Of a DNA stretch of 64,000 nt, positions 43,077 to 52,723 are shown piece by piece. The stretch's first letter is position 1, and every line of letters begins with the position of its first letter. Source of the stretch: Sedimentisphaerales bacterium (lineage in GTDB: Bacteria; Planctomycetota; Phycisphaerae; Sedimentisphaerales; SM23-30); assembly GCA_963666285.1 (NCBI GenBank), contig OY762711.1. The stretch is one strand, 5' to 3'. The position numbers and the translations under genes are program-made. Under the pieces are notes generated by a model. That model did no database searches, was not told where the DNA came from, and saw nothing but the letters and a program-made list of their open reading frames with translations.

Positions 43077-43105
43077 ACATCGACTATATAGTCAATAATT
43101 CTTTA
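43077..43105 (-). promoter_or_regulatory. Putative sigma28-like promoter for the tolB-like gene string
   Basis: TAAAG-N16-GTCGATGT on the minus strand. Confidence 0.55.
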
Positions 43106-43275
43106 ACTTTATCAGACCCATAAACTCCTTAAATGTTTCACTCGTAAACTATTTACTTTCAACGTGTTACAAAAATAAAGATAAGCTTTGCCCGATAAAA
43201 AAATAAAAGTTATAATAAAAAATAAGCTGAACTGTAACATTATGGGACCAAAAGTGTTAGTAACTTTGAGAACGT

Positions 43276-43542
43276 TTGATGAAAAAAATAGTCAATAATG
43301 ATCATGAACAGGAAATGGTAGGCCTGGGCAGGGCCGCCCATACGGCAGGAATATCTACCGGCAGTCTGCAGTACTATATTATGTGCGGATTGATAGAGCC
43401 TGATATGTACACACCTACAGGCAGAAAAAGATTCAGTACAGACAATATTGAAAGAATAAAATTGATTAAACAATTGAATGAAAGCGGTTATCCTTTAAGG
43501 GAAATTCGCGAAATTTTCCTTAAACGAAAAATAATCAAGTAA
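43276..43542 (+). CDS. MerR-type HTH protein, DNA-binding domain only
   Basis: AAHTAGISTGSLQYY...GLI...TPTGRKRF...IKLIKQL...GYPLREI. Confidence 0.85.
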   Translation: MMKKIVNNDHEQEMVGLGRAAHTAGISTGSLQYYIMCGLIEPDMYTPTGRKRFSTDNIERIKLIKQLNESGYPLREIREIFLKRKIIK

Positions 43543-43553
43543 TTTCCAGCCTT

Positions 43554-44840
43554 CTATTCTATTCTTAATGATTCAACCGGATTTTGCCTGGCAGCCAAAA
43601 TTGCCGGGATTAGTGCGCCTGCAACAGAAAAAATAATTGCAGCCAGACATATTCCAACTGTATCGGAGATTACTACCGTATCTGGTATCTTTTCAATAGC
43701 ATACATACCTTCAGGCCACAACTTAAAATTCAAAAGTTCTTCTATCTTATTTGTATTAAAGACAAAAGTAACACCTAAAACTACTCCAATTACAGTCCCG
43801 ATCAAGCCAACAATTAACCCAAAGTATAAATAAATACCTGCCAACAGTCCTCTGCTGCCCCCACAGCTTTTTATAATGCCAATGTCTTTTTGCTTTTCCA
43901 GCACAATCATATGGAATATTGCAAATATAATAAAACTGCAAACAACTGCTATCAAACAAAATACGAGAGACATCATATTCTTTTCGTGTTCCAGCGGTTC
44001 AATGTTTGCTCGGCGAAAAACATCCCATCTTTGTACTTTAACATCACGCAACAACTTTGCCTGACCGGCTAAATCTTTTTCTTTTACAAAAGTTTCCCAC
44101 AAGTTATCAACATTATTTACAGCCTCTTCAAGTTTAGTGCCTTCACGAAGTTTGATGCGTAACTCATGTATTCTTGGTGGATTATTATCCTGACCGGCCA
44201 TCCAGCATAATTTCTGCAGCTCATTAAAATCTACATAAATGGCAATATCAATATCGGGCATACCAGTTTTGAACATATCGACAACTTTGAAGTTCTGATT
44301 CATACCGGCTTCAGGCCCGGCCGGCATCCCTCGATAATCAATGCCTGGAAAAGTAATCCCTATCTGTCGCCCTTGCCAGCTGCCGGAGCCGAAATGTCTT
44401 CCAGCAAAACACCCATTAGATATGCCATCATAATTAACTGGGCAAGTAAAATTATCGGGAAAATCCGGATCATCGGTCTGCAATTTTCCCGGACTGACAA
44501 CTTTTTTAAACGTGCTGAGTTCAATACCATAAACAGGAACAGGCAGATCGTCAAAAGCTATCCCAAATGCCGTAATAACAGGTGTAACTGCCTGAATATA
44601 CTCCTGATTCGTAAGAATCTGAGAAAAATCGGCATAATGATCAAATCCGACCAGAGATGAACGGTTTAGTACTATATCGCCGGACCAAATGTGGTTCTTA
44701 CCCCGGACCTCGTTCACTAAACCGGACATTACATTCAAGACAATTACGACCATCATCACAATAAGTGAAACAGCCGCTATAGCAGCCCAGGCTACCCGTT
44801 TTTTTGTAAAATATCTCCAACTGAGAATAAACTGTATCAT
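43554..44840 (-). CDS. LolC/LolE-like (FtsX/MacB family) ABC permease
   Basis: WRYF...VLNVMSG; MIVLEKQKDIGIIKSCG; PAILAARQNPVESLR. Confidence 0.88.
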   Translation of the reverse strand: MIQFILSWRYFTKKRVAWAAIAAVSLIVMMVVIVLNVMSGLVNEVRGKNHIWSGDIVLNRSSLVGFDHYADFSQILTNQEYIQAVTPVITAFGIAFDDLPVPVYGIELSTFKKVVSPGKLQTDDPDFPDNFTCPVNYDGISNGCFAGRHFGSGSWQGRQIGITFPGIDYRGMPAGPEAGMNQNFKVVDMFKTGMPDIDIAIYVDFNELQKLCWMAGQDNNPPRIHELRIKLREGTKLEEAVNNVDNLWETFVKEKDLAGQAKLLRDVKVQRWDVFRRANIEPLEHEKNMMSLVFCLIAVVCSFIIFAIFHMIVLEKQKDIGIIKSCGGSRGLLAGIYLYFGLIVGLIGTVIGVVLGVTFVFNTNKIEELLNFKLWPEGMYAIEKIPDTVVISDTVGICLAAIIFSVAGALIPAILAARQNPVESLRIE

Positions 44841-44971
44841 TCATGCACCAGATCAAATTCGCTATATTATCGAGATAAAACTAATTAGAGAATGATAACA
44901 GTTTTTGAAATAATAAGCAAAATATAACTAATCCAGCATCTTCTCATTCAAGCTAATATTGAAGCTTGAAA

Positions 44972-45169
44972 TTAAAATGGACACGCAAAAAATGATTCTA
45001 TTGCACTTTCGATTTGGTCGTAATTAAGCCCCCGCTCAACCTGCACTTTGCGAAACTGCAGCTCACCAGCAGCAAATTGATTACCCCTGGCTATTTCTTC
45101 TGATAATTCTCGCTGTCTATCTAATTCTCGGGGATCAATACCGGTCGGATATGTTTCGACATTAATCAT
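44972..45169 (-). CDS. Small hypothetical protein
   Basis: AAGGAAG upstream of ATG; plausible composition. Confidence 0.5.
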   Translation of the reverse strand: MINVETYPTGIDPRELDRQRELSEEIARGNQFAAGELQFRKVQVERGLNYDQIESAIESFFACPF

Positions 45170-45404
45170 AGCTAACTTCCTTGTCTTATCAACAAAGCAA
45201 AATAATTTGCTTCAATCCTTTTTTATTAAATTATTCTTCTCTGCTCACTTGATATCGACAAAGAAAATACCAGATAATTGAAAAAAGCATAAAAATAGTA
45301 TTATCAGACTAAGTCACGAAACAATAACAACTTATGTGGACCCTAGCGGCTGTTATCCGGACTTTACCCCTGTTGAAGATTCATCTGTATGACCTATCCG
45401 GGCA

Positions 45405-45433
45405 TAAAAAAACCCGCTCAAAAAAAGCGGGTA
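45405..45433 (-). terminator. Intrinsic terminator
   Basis: A-run then ACCCGCT...AGCGGGT, downstream of the HD-like gene. Confidence 0.6.
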
Positions 45434-45461
45434 AAAGGTGGAAAACGATCATTACTACAGG

Positions 45462-46205
45462 CTAAATAAATTGTTTATCCTGTTTTGTTGTCACTGGTTT
45501 TTCAACAATTCTATTATTAAACTGCTGTTGTAGAATAATATCCTCTAAATCGGCAGCTCTGTTTTCTATATCCATCTGTTCCATAAACAAAATTGCTCTG
45601 TTCAGCCTTTGTTCTGCTACTATTCTGACACTATCAAATCTGAAACTTTCTCTCAGTCGTGCATTCCAGTACTCATATTCTATTTTACGATTCCAACTGG
45701 CAATTGCATCAGTTGCTCCACGGCCATGGATCATATACCTGCGAGATTCATTAAAAATACCTATAGCTCCCATATCATCCAGATTACGGGCGTCAGATAA
45801 TATCATAGCCTCGGAAAGGGAAGTATTTCGTTTACCCGACTCAATTATGATACTGCAAACTCTTTCCATCTCCCGAGGAGTTAATATTCCAACCAATTTT
45901 TCCTGGACGACCTGAGCCGAAAAATCTCTCATATCTTCATCTGAGAGATCTGCCAGAACCATTCGAGACATCTTGTCCTGCTCATTTGCATATCGTGCAA
46001 AACCGGTATCACGCATTAAAGCCGCTATATTCAGGCAGTTATGGTCGACATGAAAGCGTCGGACATCCGGCAGCTGCGAAATACAGCCGCAATGGCGAAG
46101 AACTCGGTAGGCTCTATCTATTAGATATCTATCAGGCGTATCCTTTAACGTCGGAACGGATAACGCCTGTTCAGCTATTTCTTTAACTACAATTAAATCG
46201 CTCAT
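45462..46205 (-). CDS. HD-domain-like protein (HD motif degenerate)
   Basis: AALMRDTG in place of AALLHD.G; EAMILSDARNLDDMGAIG. Confidence 0.7.
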   Translation of the reverse strand: MSDLIVVKEIAEQALSVPTLKDTPDRYLIDRAYRVLRHCGCISQLPDVRRFHVDHNCLNIAALMRDTGFARYANEQDKMSRMVLADLSDEDMRDFSAQVVQEKLVGILTPREMERVCSIIIESGKRNTSLSEAMILSDARNLDDMGAIGIFNESRRYMIHGRGATDAIASWNRKIEYEYWNARLRESFRFDSVRIVAEQRLNRAILFMEQMDIENRAADLEDIILQQQFNNRIVEKPVTTKQDKQFI

Positions 46206-46268
46206 AATACAAGACTCCTGATAAAACCGGCTTAAAAGAATACCGCAAAAAGTAATTCTTCAGATTCT

Positions 46269-46297
46269 TTATCGGATTCGATTTTAATATTACTTGA
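46269..46297 (-). promoter_or_regulatory. Putative sigma28-like promoter
   Basis: TCAAG-N16-TCCGATAA on the minus strand. Confidence 0.55.
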
Positions 46298-46650
46298 ATC
46301 TTTCCAAGAGCAATAAAAAAAAGAATATATATGTCCATCAGATTCGATTTTGCGCATACCAAAATCTTCTGGCATATCACAAATTGCCAGTTTTCTGCTC
46401 GAATAATAAAGTCCAATTAATTCATTTTCACAAATGGTCCCACCGAATAGCAAGACGCAAGAAATTTAACTGTGAATAAACAAACGAGTAATACAGGTAC
46501 TATCTCATAATATCCGCTAAAAATCCAGTAAATAAATCCAGATAATTCATTTTAATTTGCCGTCAATACAGCGTAATTTCAGACTAATTTGATCAAAGTA
46601 AAAAAAGCCTTTAAATCAAACTATAAAAAGAAGTTGAAAGTTAATTCAAA

Positions 46651-47415
46651 TTGCCTAAAATACCATATATGAACGAAAGGATAAAAGATAACCTTCAACG
46701 GATCAAAGACAATATCGTCGATTCCTGTGCAAAAGTAGGCCGCGATCCATCAGAAGTAACACTTATTGCTGTTACAAAAAATGTTGAGCCTACCGTAATC
46801 CGTACATTGCTTGATCTGGAACATGAAAACCTGGGAGAATCTCGTCCCCAGGAACTGGTCAAAAGAAATGCCCTTGTATCAGAAGCATTGCACCGAAGAG
46901 TAGAATTGCCGGGGCTAGTTGCAGATCCCAGGCCTATTATTCGCCCTAAATGGCATATGATCGGACATCTTCAGCGTAATAAAGTCAAAAGTATTTTGCC
47001 AATGGTCGAATATATTCATTCTGTTGATTCTCTCAGACTGGCAGAAGAGATTAATACTTCTGCAGCGAGATTAGGAATGGAAAAAAAGGTTAAAATCTTT
47101 TTACAGGTCAATGTTAGTGAAGAACCGCAGAAATATGGGCTGGCTGTCGGCGCTCTTACCCCGCTGGCCGAGCAGATTCGCACTCTGCCAAACCTGAATA
47201 TATGCGGACTCATGACAATGGCGTCAAATACTGAAGACACAGACACTTGCAGATTCTGCTTTAACCGACTGAGAGAACTTTTCGAGGAAATTAAGGGTGA
47301 ACAGATTCTTGGTGACTGTTTTCAGCATCTCTCTATGGGGATGAGTCAGGACTACCGGATTGCAGTCGAAGAAGGAGCTACAATGTTGAGGATAGGGTCA
47401 GCATTATTTGAATGA
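46651..47415 (+). CDS. yggS: PLP homeostasis protein YggS/PLPBP
   Basis: LIAVTK, LGESRPQE, WHMIGHLQRNK, HSVDS, LSMGMSQDY, RIGSALF. Confidence 0.95.
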   Translation: MPKIPYMNERIKDNLQRIKDNIVDSCAKVGRDPSEVTLIAVTKNVEPTVIRTLLDLEHENLGESRPQELVKRNALVSEALHRRVELPGLVADPRPIIRPKWHMIGHLQRNKVKSILPMVEYIHSVDSLRLAEEINTSAARLGMEKKVKIFLQVNVSEEPQKYGLAVGALTPLAEQIRTLPNLNICGLMTMASNTEDTDTCRFCFNRLRELFEEIKGEQILGDCFQHLSMGMSQDYRIAVEEGATMLRIGSALFE

Positions 47416-47440
47416 TTAGTACATTATTTGGAATATTTTC

Positions 47441-47473
47441 AAAGATCATCTTTCAAGGGTGATCTTTTTTTTT
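47441..47473 (+). terminator. Intrinsic terminator after yggS
   Basis: AAAGATCATC...GGTGATCTTT then T-run. Confidence 0.65.
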
Positions 47474-47514
47474 GAACTTTTTAGCCATCCCATGTTACTC
47501 TATTAATACATAAT

Positions 47515-48021
47515 ATGTTTGATAGAAATACACAGTCATTTAAGATTGAATATCTGGAACAAATGTACCTTGATTATGGACCGGATATTATGAGGTTCCT
47601 GGCTAGAAAAGTTGGGCCGACAGCAGCATCGGATCTGTTTCAGGACACATTTGTTCAAGCCCTTACCCATTTTGACAAGTTAGACAGCATTGTCTCTCCT
47701 AAAGCCTGGCTTATCAAGATAGCATATAATTTATCCTGCAATTTCTATCGTAAAAAGAAATTATCATTTATTGAACTTTCTGAAGATCATATCTTTATAA
47801 AAAATAATAATGAAGACCCGCGTCTGGACAGAATACGAAATATTGTTCAAACACTTCCGACACAAAAAAAAGATATTATACTGTTAAAATGGTACGACCA
47901 GCTCAGCTATGAAGAAATATCGCATATTCTTGAGATACCAATTGGGACCGTCCGTTCCAGGCTGCATAATTCAATGAATCTAATACGTCGGCAACTGTCT
48001 TTATCAACAACGGAGGTATAA
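47515..48021 (+). CDS. ECF sigma factor
   Basis: DLFQDTF, KAWLIKIAYN, LSYEEISHILEIPIGTVRSRL. Confidence 0.92.
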   Translation: MFDRNTQSFKIEYLEQMYLDYGPDIMRFLARKVGPTAASDLFQDTFVQALTHFDKLDSIVSPKAWLIKIAYNLSCNFYRKKKLSFIELSEDHIFIKNNNEDPRLDRIRNIVQTLPTQKKDIILLKWYDQLSYEEISHILEIPIGTVRSRLHNSMNLIRRQLSLSTTEV

Positions 48022-48022
48022 A

Positions 48023-48541
48023 ATGGAATATGAATTAATAGAATCGCTGCTTATTGACAAACAAATGGGGAACTTATCTGATCAAAGTGCACAATTACTT
48101 AACCAATACATATCCGAACACGAAGGCATAAACGATCTGGATAATCAATTCAAATACATATTTACATTAAGTAAAAATGCATTTGAATCAAAATGTGAAT
48201 TAGATCTACCTCAATTCCCTCTTGATAAGCTGACTGACAATGTAAAAGTAAAACGAAATAATAATATAACGAAGATAAGCTCTATTGCTGCATTAATTGC
48301 CCTTATATTTTGGCTGGGAGTTAACCTTGGAACAACAATAGATCCCGAAGACAAATTACAAACGAAAATAATAAACAGTCAGACTCCAAATATATATGTT
48401 CTCAAAAATAATAGTTCACATTTTCCACAAAGTTATTTTGAAAATCTAAAAAAGTTGCGAATTGACAATAATTACAAAAGCATCCAAGAAAGTTACTCAG
48501 AAATATTTAATAAGTATTCAAATAAAAAACAAAGTTTATAA
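48023..48541 (+). CDS. Putative anti-sigma factor
   Basis: Starts 1 bp after the ECF gene; single central TM. Confidence 0.6.
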   Translation: MEYELIESLLIDKQMGNLSDQSAQLLNQYISEHEGINDLDNQFKYIFTLSKNAFESKCELDLPQFPLDKLTDNVKVKRNNNITKISSIAALIALIFWLGVNLGTTIDPEDKLQTKIINSQTPNIYVLKNNSSHFPQSYFENLKKLRIDNNYKSIQESYSEIFNKYSNKKQSL

Positions 48542-48727
48542 TAGTGCGGTATCGCACTTTTGACTGTTCAACATTACACGCAAAGGCCGGAACAGGGCCT
48601 TGTGAATGAAAAACTATATATTTAAATGTGTTTCAGAGCTAATTCTCGAAAGTACATTTAATTCAAAGCGTTGCAGGAAGGCCCTTTTAGGCGATTTTTG
48701 CAACTTAAAAACTGCGAAAGTAAACTA
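48542..48727. repeat. MITE-like repeat, copy 3 (186 bp)
   Basis: Left end TAGTGCGGTATCGCACTTTTGACTGTTCAA; right end reverse complement TAGTTTACTTTCGCAGTTTTTAAGTTGCAA. Confidence 0.85.
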
Positions 48728-48770
48728 ATTTTTTTAACAGAAATTTATTAGTACTAAACGAGGTGCCGAC

Positions 48771-50102
48771 ATGTCAGATAAAATAAAAATTACAGCTATC
48801 ATTTTGTTATTATCATCCATATTTTTTTTGAATGGCTGTTTTCCAAAACGTGTAGTATGGAATCCTTCCGGCCAGTACGCAGCTGTATTGGGAAATGAAG
48901 GCGAGTTATATATTACTGATGCACAAGGAAACCTGTCTGAAATGTTATATGATGACGTTTTCAGAATTGAATGGTTTGATGACAATAAAACCTTTCTGGC
49001 TGCAAGGCAGAAATCTATCGCAAACTGGGAACAGGCAGAGAGTGAACTGTCAAAAGCAAATCTGGATATAATTATAAATGCTGCTCAGGAAACCCACGGA
49101 GGAAAGGTCATAACAAAGTGGCAGCCCAATAAAGGTTTATTCAACACCGAAGATGATATCGAAAATGCGGTTAAAGTATATATCAGAGATGTAACCCCAA
49201 AAATGGCGACAGAAGAAATAATAAACTCTTGGAAAAATGTCTCATTCGATGCATATTTTGTGGAGAAATGCTCCTGGGATAATAAATTTATATCCGAAAA
49301 ACAATTATTTAACACTCTGGAAATAATCTGGGACATGAGAATTTCTCCCGATAATAAAAATTTATTATTCACCCAATCGTCAAAATCAATCGAATCAATA
49401 AAAATGAATGCTTTTAATTTTGAAAGTCAAAATATCCTGCATATTGATGACATGACAAGCATGTATCCGGATTGGTCGGTCGATGGAAAGTCAATTTTCT
49501 ATGTCAAATTCATCGGAGAAGAATACGACGATATGGTTATTGGAAATCTAAATACCATAACCATATGTAATGACAATGGTGAATTGTTAAAAGAAGCACA
49601 AAACAAAAATCAACAATTAACCCTTGCAGTAAACGGTCTCGCAAAAATACGATGCTTAGATGACAACAGAATCATTTTTTCTTCTATGGAAATATCATTA
49701 CCCGGCAATACAGATGATTTTTCTGAACAACCACTGCTGTTTATGATCGAACCTGGCAAACATAAAAGCATTGTCCCTCTCGTACCAAAAAGTTCATTCC
49801 ATGAAATCGCCGGATATGATCTGAACTTCTTTGAAGTCAGTCCCGACAAGCAATATGTGTCAATGATAGATCATGATTCCAGAGTGGCTGTCATGGAATT
49901 AGCCACAGGCCGGGTAACAATAATGCAGCCGGAAGATATGGGTGATATCGAGTCAATTCCTACCTGGCGAGGGTCAAATGAGTTATGTTATTTCGGTAAA
50001 AATGAAAATGGCGATTTCATTGCACTGCAAAAACCGGGAACCCCTGCAAGCAATCTCAGTATTAACTGGCCCGACGAAGTGAAAAAAGAAATTTTAGACT
50101 AA
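48771..50102 (+). CDS. Beta-propeller-like lipoprotein
   Basis: LNGC lipobox; WNPSG, ISPDN, WSVDG, VSPDK repeats. Confidence 0.7.
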   Translation: MSDKIKITAIILLLSSIFFLNGCFPKRVVWNPSGQYAAVLGNEGELYITDAQGNLSEMLYDDVFRIEWFDDNKTFLAARQKSIANWEQAESELSKANLDIIINAAQETHGGKVITKWQPNKGLFNTEDDIENAVKVYIRDVTPKMATEEIINSWKNVSFDAYFVEKCSWDNKFISEKQLFNTLEIIWDMRISPDNKNLLFTQSSKSIESIKMNAFNFESQNILHIDDMTSMYPDWSVDGKSIFYVKFIGEEYDDMVIGNLNTITICNDNGELLKEAQNKNQQLTLAVNGLAKIRCLDDNRIIFSSMEISLPGNTDDFSEQPLLFMIEPGKHKSIVPLVPKSSFHEIAGYDLNFFEVSPDKQYVSMIDHDSRVAVMELATGRVTIMQPEDMGDIESIPTWRGSNELCYFGKNENGDFIALQKPGTPASNLSINWPDEVKKEILD

Positions 50103-50120
50103 AGGTTACTCTAAAAAAAT

Positions 50121-50158
50121 AAAAGGCGGGCTGGAATAATATCCGGGCTCGCCTTTTT
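50121..50158. terminator. Bidirectional terminator between convergent genes
   Basis: AAAAGGCGGGCTGGA...TCCGGGCTCGCCTTTTT. Confidence 0.7.
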
Positions 50159-50179
50159 ATTTCTTGTATAAACTATAGA

Positions 50180-50509
50180 CTATGCCAGTTCGTCAATTGC
50201 TGCCTGCAAGTCTCCTTTGCTTACCATGCCAACATTCTGCTTAACAACTTCACCGCCCTTAAAGAAAATTATAGTTGGGATAGATGTTATATTAAACTTT
50301 GCTGCTGTTTCACGGTTATTATCTGTATCAACTTTGCCAATCTTAACCTTACCGACATTATCGGTTGCCAATTCATCGATCACAGGACCAAGCATTCTGC
50401 ACGGGCCACACCATTCTGCCCAAAAATCTACAATTACCAGTGTGTCAGAGTTTAATACTTCAGATTCAAAATTGGCATCTGTAATTACCAGTGTATCTTT
50501 TCCAGCCAT
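50180..50509 (-). CDS. trxA: Thioredoxin
   Basis: DFWAEWCGPC, SIPT. Confidence 0.97.
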   Translation of the reverse strand: MAGKDTLVITDANFESEVLNSDTLVIVDFWAEWCGPCRMLGPVIDELATDNVGKVKIGKVDTDNNRETAAKFNITSIPTIIFFKGGEVVKQNVGMVSKGDLQAAIDELA

Positions 50510-50778
50510 TTACGCTTCCTCCATAATAGAGTTTTTAGTTTTATTTTCTTAGCTTTGCTTTTAGCAAACAATAATTTTCACATTCCCATTTAGGAAATAT
50601 AAATAGTATGTGATATATTATTGAGAGATCAGGATTTAATGTCAAGCCATATATTACTATTTCTTACGTAAAACTCTATAATGTAAGCATTTATTAACGA
50701 TTAATCACAATAATAAAAAACGCTCTCGCAATGTAAATATCACGGGAGCGTTAAAATTTCTAATCTGAAATAATAAAT

Positions 50779-51009
50779 TTAGTTGCCGGTATTATCGTCA
50801 TTTTTGTTGACTTCACGGTCGATATCATCGTTTACGCTATCAACCTCGTCTTGAACATTTTTTAGACCTTTCTTAAATTCGACAACACTTTTGCCCATAT
50901 TTCTTGCAACTGTTGGTAAATTGCGGCCAAAGATCAAAAGCGCAACTACAGCAATTACCAAATACTCGGTTCCTCCGAGATTAAAAAAAGCTAGAATATT
51001 TTGATTCAT
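50779..51009 (-). CDS. tatA: Twin-arginine translocase TatA/TatE
   Basis: LLIFG.NLP.VAR.MGK...EFKKGL. Confidence 0.92.
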   Translation of the reverse strand: MNQNILAFFNLGGTEYLVIAVVALLIFGRNLPTVARNMGKSVVEFKKGLKNVQDEVDSVNDDIDREVNKNDDNTGN

Positions 51010-51225
51010 CTTGGTGATACCTCTTTCAATATTTTAAGCAATAAGTAAAAGTATACTTGTTTCTGGCTAAACATTAATTATATCATGAATATTCAATAAT
51101 TCAAACTGTATTTAATAGCCGGGAAATCAACATACGCCAAAATTTACAGAAATAATAAATCTTAATACGACCGGCAACACCTAGGTCAACCAACATAAGG
51201 TGTTTTATAAAAAAGACTTATACTA

Positions 51226-52068
51226 TTATGATAATACAATATTATCAATAAGCCGAGTATTACCTATATATACCGCCAGAGCAACCAGCACCGGAGCTTC
51301 TATTTTATCAACATATGTTATTAACTCATTATCAACAATAGAGATATAATCTATTTTAGCCATTGAATAATCAGAAATAACTTGCCTCATTTCATCAATA
51401 ATGACCTTACAATCCATGCAACCGTTATTAAACTGCTGTTCTGCGGTATCAATAGCTTTTTTAAGGCATATCGCCTGCTGCCTTTCCTCTTTATTCAAAT
51501 ATTTATTCCTGCTGGACATAGCCAGTCCATCAGACTCACGAATTATTGGGCAACGTTTAATTTGTGTCGGAAAATTGAGCTGTTCGGTCATTTTTTCGAT
51601 AATTGATACCTGTTGAGCATCCTTTTGACCAAAATAAGCGATATCAGGCAATACTATATTGAATAGTTTGGCTACTACGGTTGTAACTCCCCGGAAATGG
51701 GTTGGCCTGGAACTGCCGCATAGATTCTCGGTCAATCCCTCAACTGTTACCCAGGTCAAGGTTTTGTCTGGATACATCACCTCCGGCGTAGGGGCAAAAA
51801 TCAAATCGGCTCCACAGGATTTACACCCGGCACAATCCTGCTCAAATGTCTTAGGATATTTATCTAAATCTTCGTTTGGACCAAATTGTGTTGGATTTAC
51901 AAATATTGTTACAACTACATAATCACATTCTTTACGGCATTGACTTACCAGCGAATAATGGCCGTCATGAAGCGCCCCCATTGTAGGAACAACTCCAACT
52001 ACTTTGCCGGCAGCCTTTGCGGAATATATCTCTTTTCTAACACTATCTATAGTATCAGCTATTATCAT
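51226..52068 (-). CDS. panC: Pantoate-beta-alanine ligase
   Basis: VPTMGALHDGH, FVNPTQF, RPTHFRGV, FGQKD, GLAMSSRN, RLIDN. Confidence 0.97.
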   Translation of the reverse strand: MIIADTIDSVRKEIYSAKAAGKVVGVVPTMGALHDGHYSLVSQCRKECDYVVVTIFVNPTQFGPNEDLDKYPKTFEQDCAGCKSCGADLIFAPTPEVMYPDKTLTWVTVEGLTENLCGSSRPTHFRGVTTVVAKLFNIVLPDIAYFGQKDAQQVSIIEKMTEQLNFPTQIKRCPIIRESDGLAMSSRNKYLNKEERQQAICLKKAIDTAEQQFNNGCMDCKVIIDEMRQVISDYSMAKIDYISIVDNELITYVDKIEAPVLVALAVYIGNTRLIDNIVLS

Positions 52069-52666
52069 TTTCTGCTTTCGCTCCTAACTCCAGCTTTTTC
52101 CTCTGCTTTTTCTTAAGTAGAGCCTTCATAAACCTTTTACCTTCTGAAGTATGATTCCTGTAAAAATATATCAGGCGGTAACTCAGAAAATAAGTAACTA
52201 TGCCTAAAACCAGGCCAATAATGATACTTCCTACCCAAAGGTCAACAATAAAGGCCATACATTCGGAAACAATATCTGTAAAGTTACTTATTTTACCAGA
52301 ATAAAACAGCTCTTTAGTGCTATTGACAACTGTTAAAGTAAGCTCCTTGAAATCCTGGTAATTCATTCTGGGACGATGAAGACATATTGCCATTATGGCA
52401 TTGCCAATTAGATAGTTTGGCCAATAAATCGCCAAAAAAGTAAATGGATTTGAAATCCAGACAAATGGCAAGCCAACAATTTTATTAGCACGCAGCAAAA
52501 CAGCAAACATAACAACAAGTATCGATTGCAAACCGATAGTTGGTGTCCACGAAACAAAAAAACCTATTGCTACTCCTAAAGCAAGCCTGTGAGGTGTGTC
52601 ATCTATGTGTAAAATATTATGAACAATAAATTGTTTAATTTTATTTACTGTTGTTTTTATCGGCAC
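52055..52666 (-). CDS. DUF2062 family membrane protein
   Basis: TPHRLALGVAIG...P..G.Q, WISNP.T. Confidence 0.85.
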   Translation of the reverse strand: MPIKTTVNKIKQFIVHNILHIDDTPHRLALGVAIGFFVSWTPTIGLQSILVVMFAVLLRANKIVGLPFVWISNPFTFLAIYWPNYLIGNAIMAICLHRPRMNYQDFKELTLTVVNSTKELFYSGKISNFTDIVSECMAFIVDLWVGSIIIGLVLGIVTYFLSYRLIYFYRNHTSEGKRFMKALLKKKQRKKLELGAKAENDNS

Positions 52667-52723
52667 AGTCTTTTTAACCTTAATATTATGCGGGATAAAC
52701 TACTTCTCAATTAATTATACTTA

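Noticed and set aside
45252..45280. Further sigma28-like sites (GTCGATAT here; CCCGATAA at 43191)
   Set aside because: The -10 box is good but the -35 box at 16-nt spacing is poor (CAATT, CAAAA), so they were not counted.
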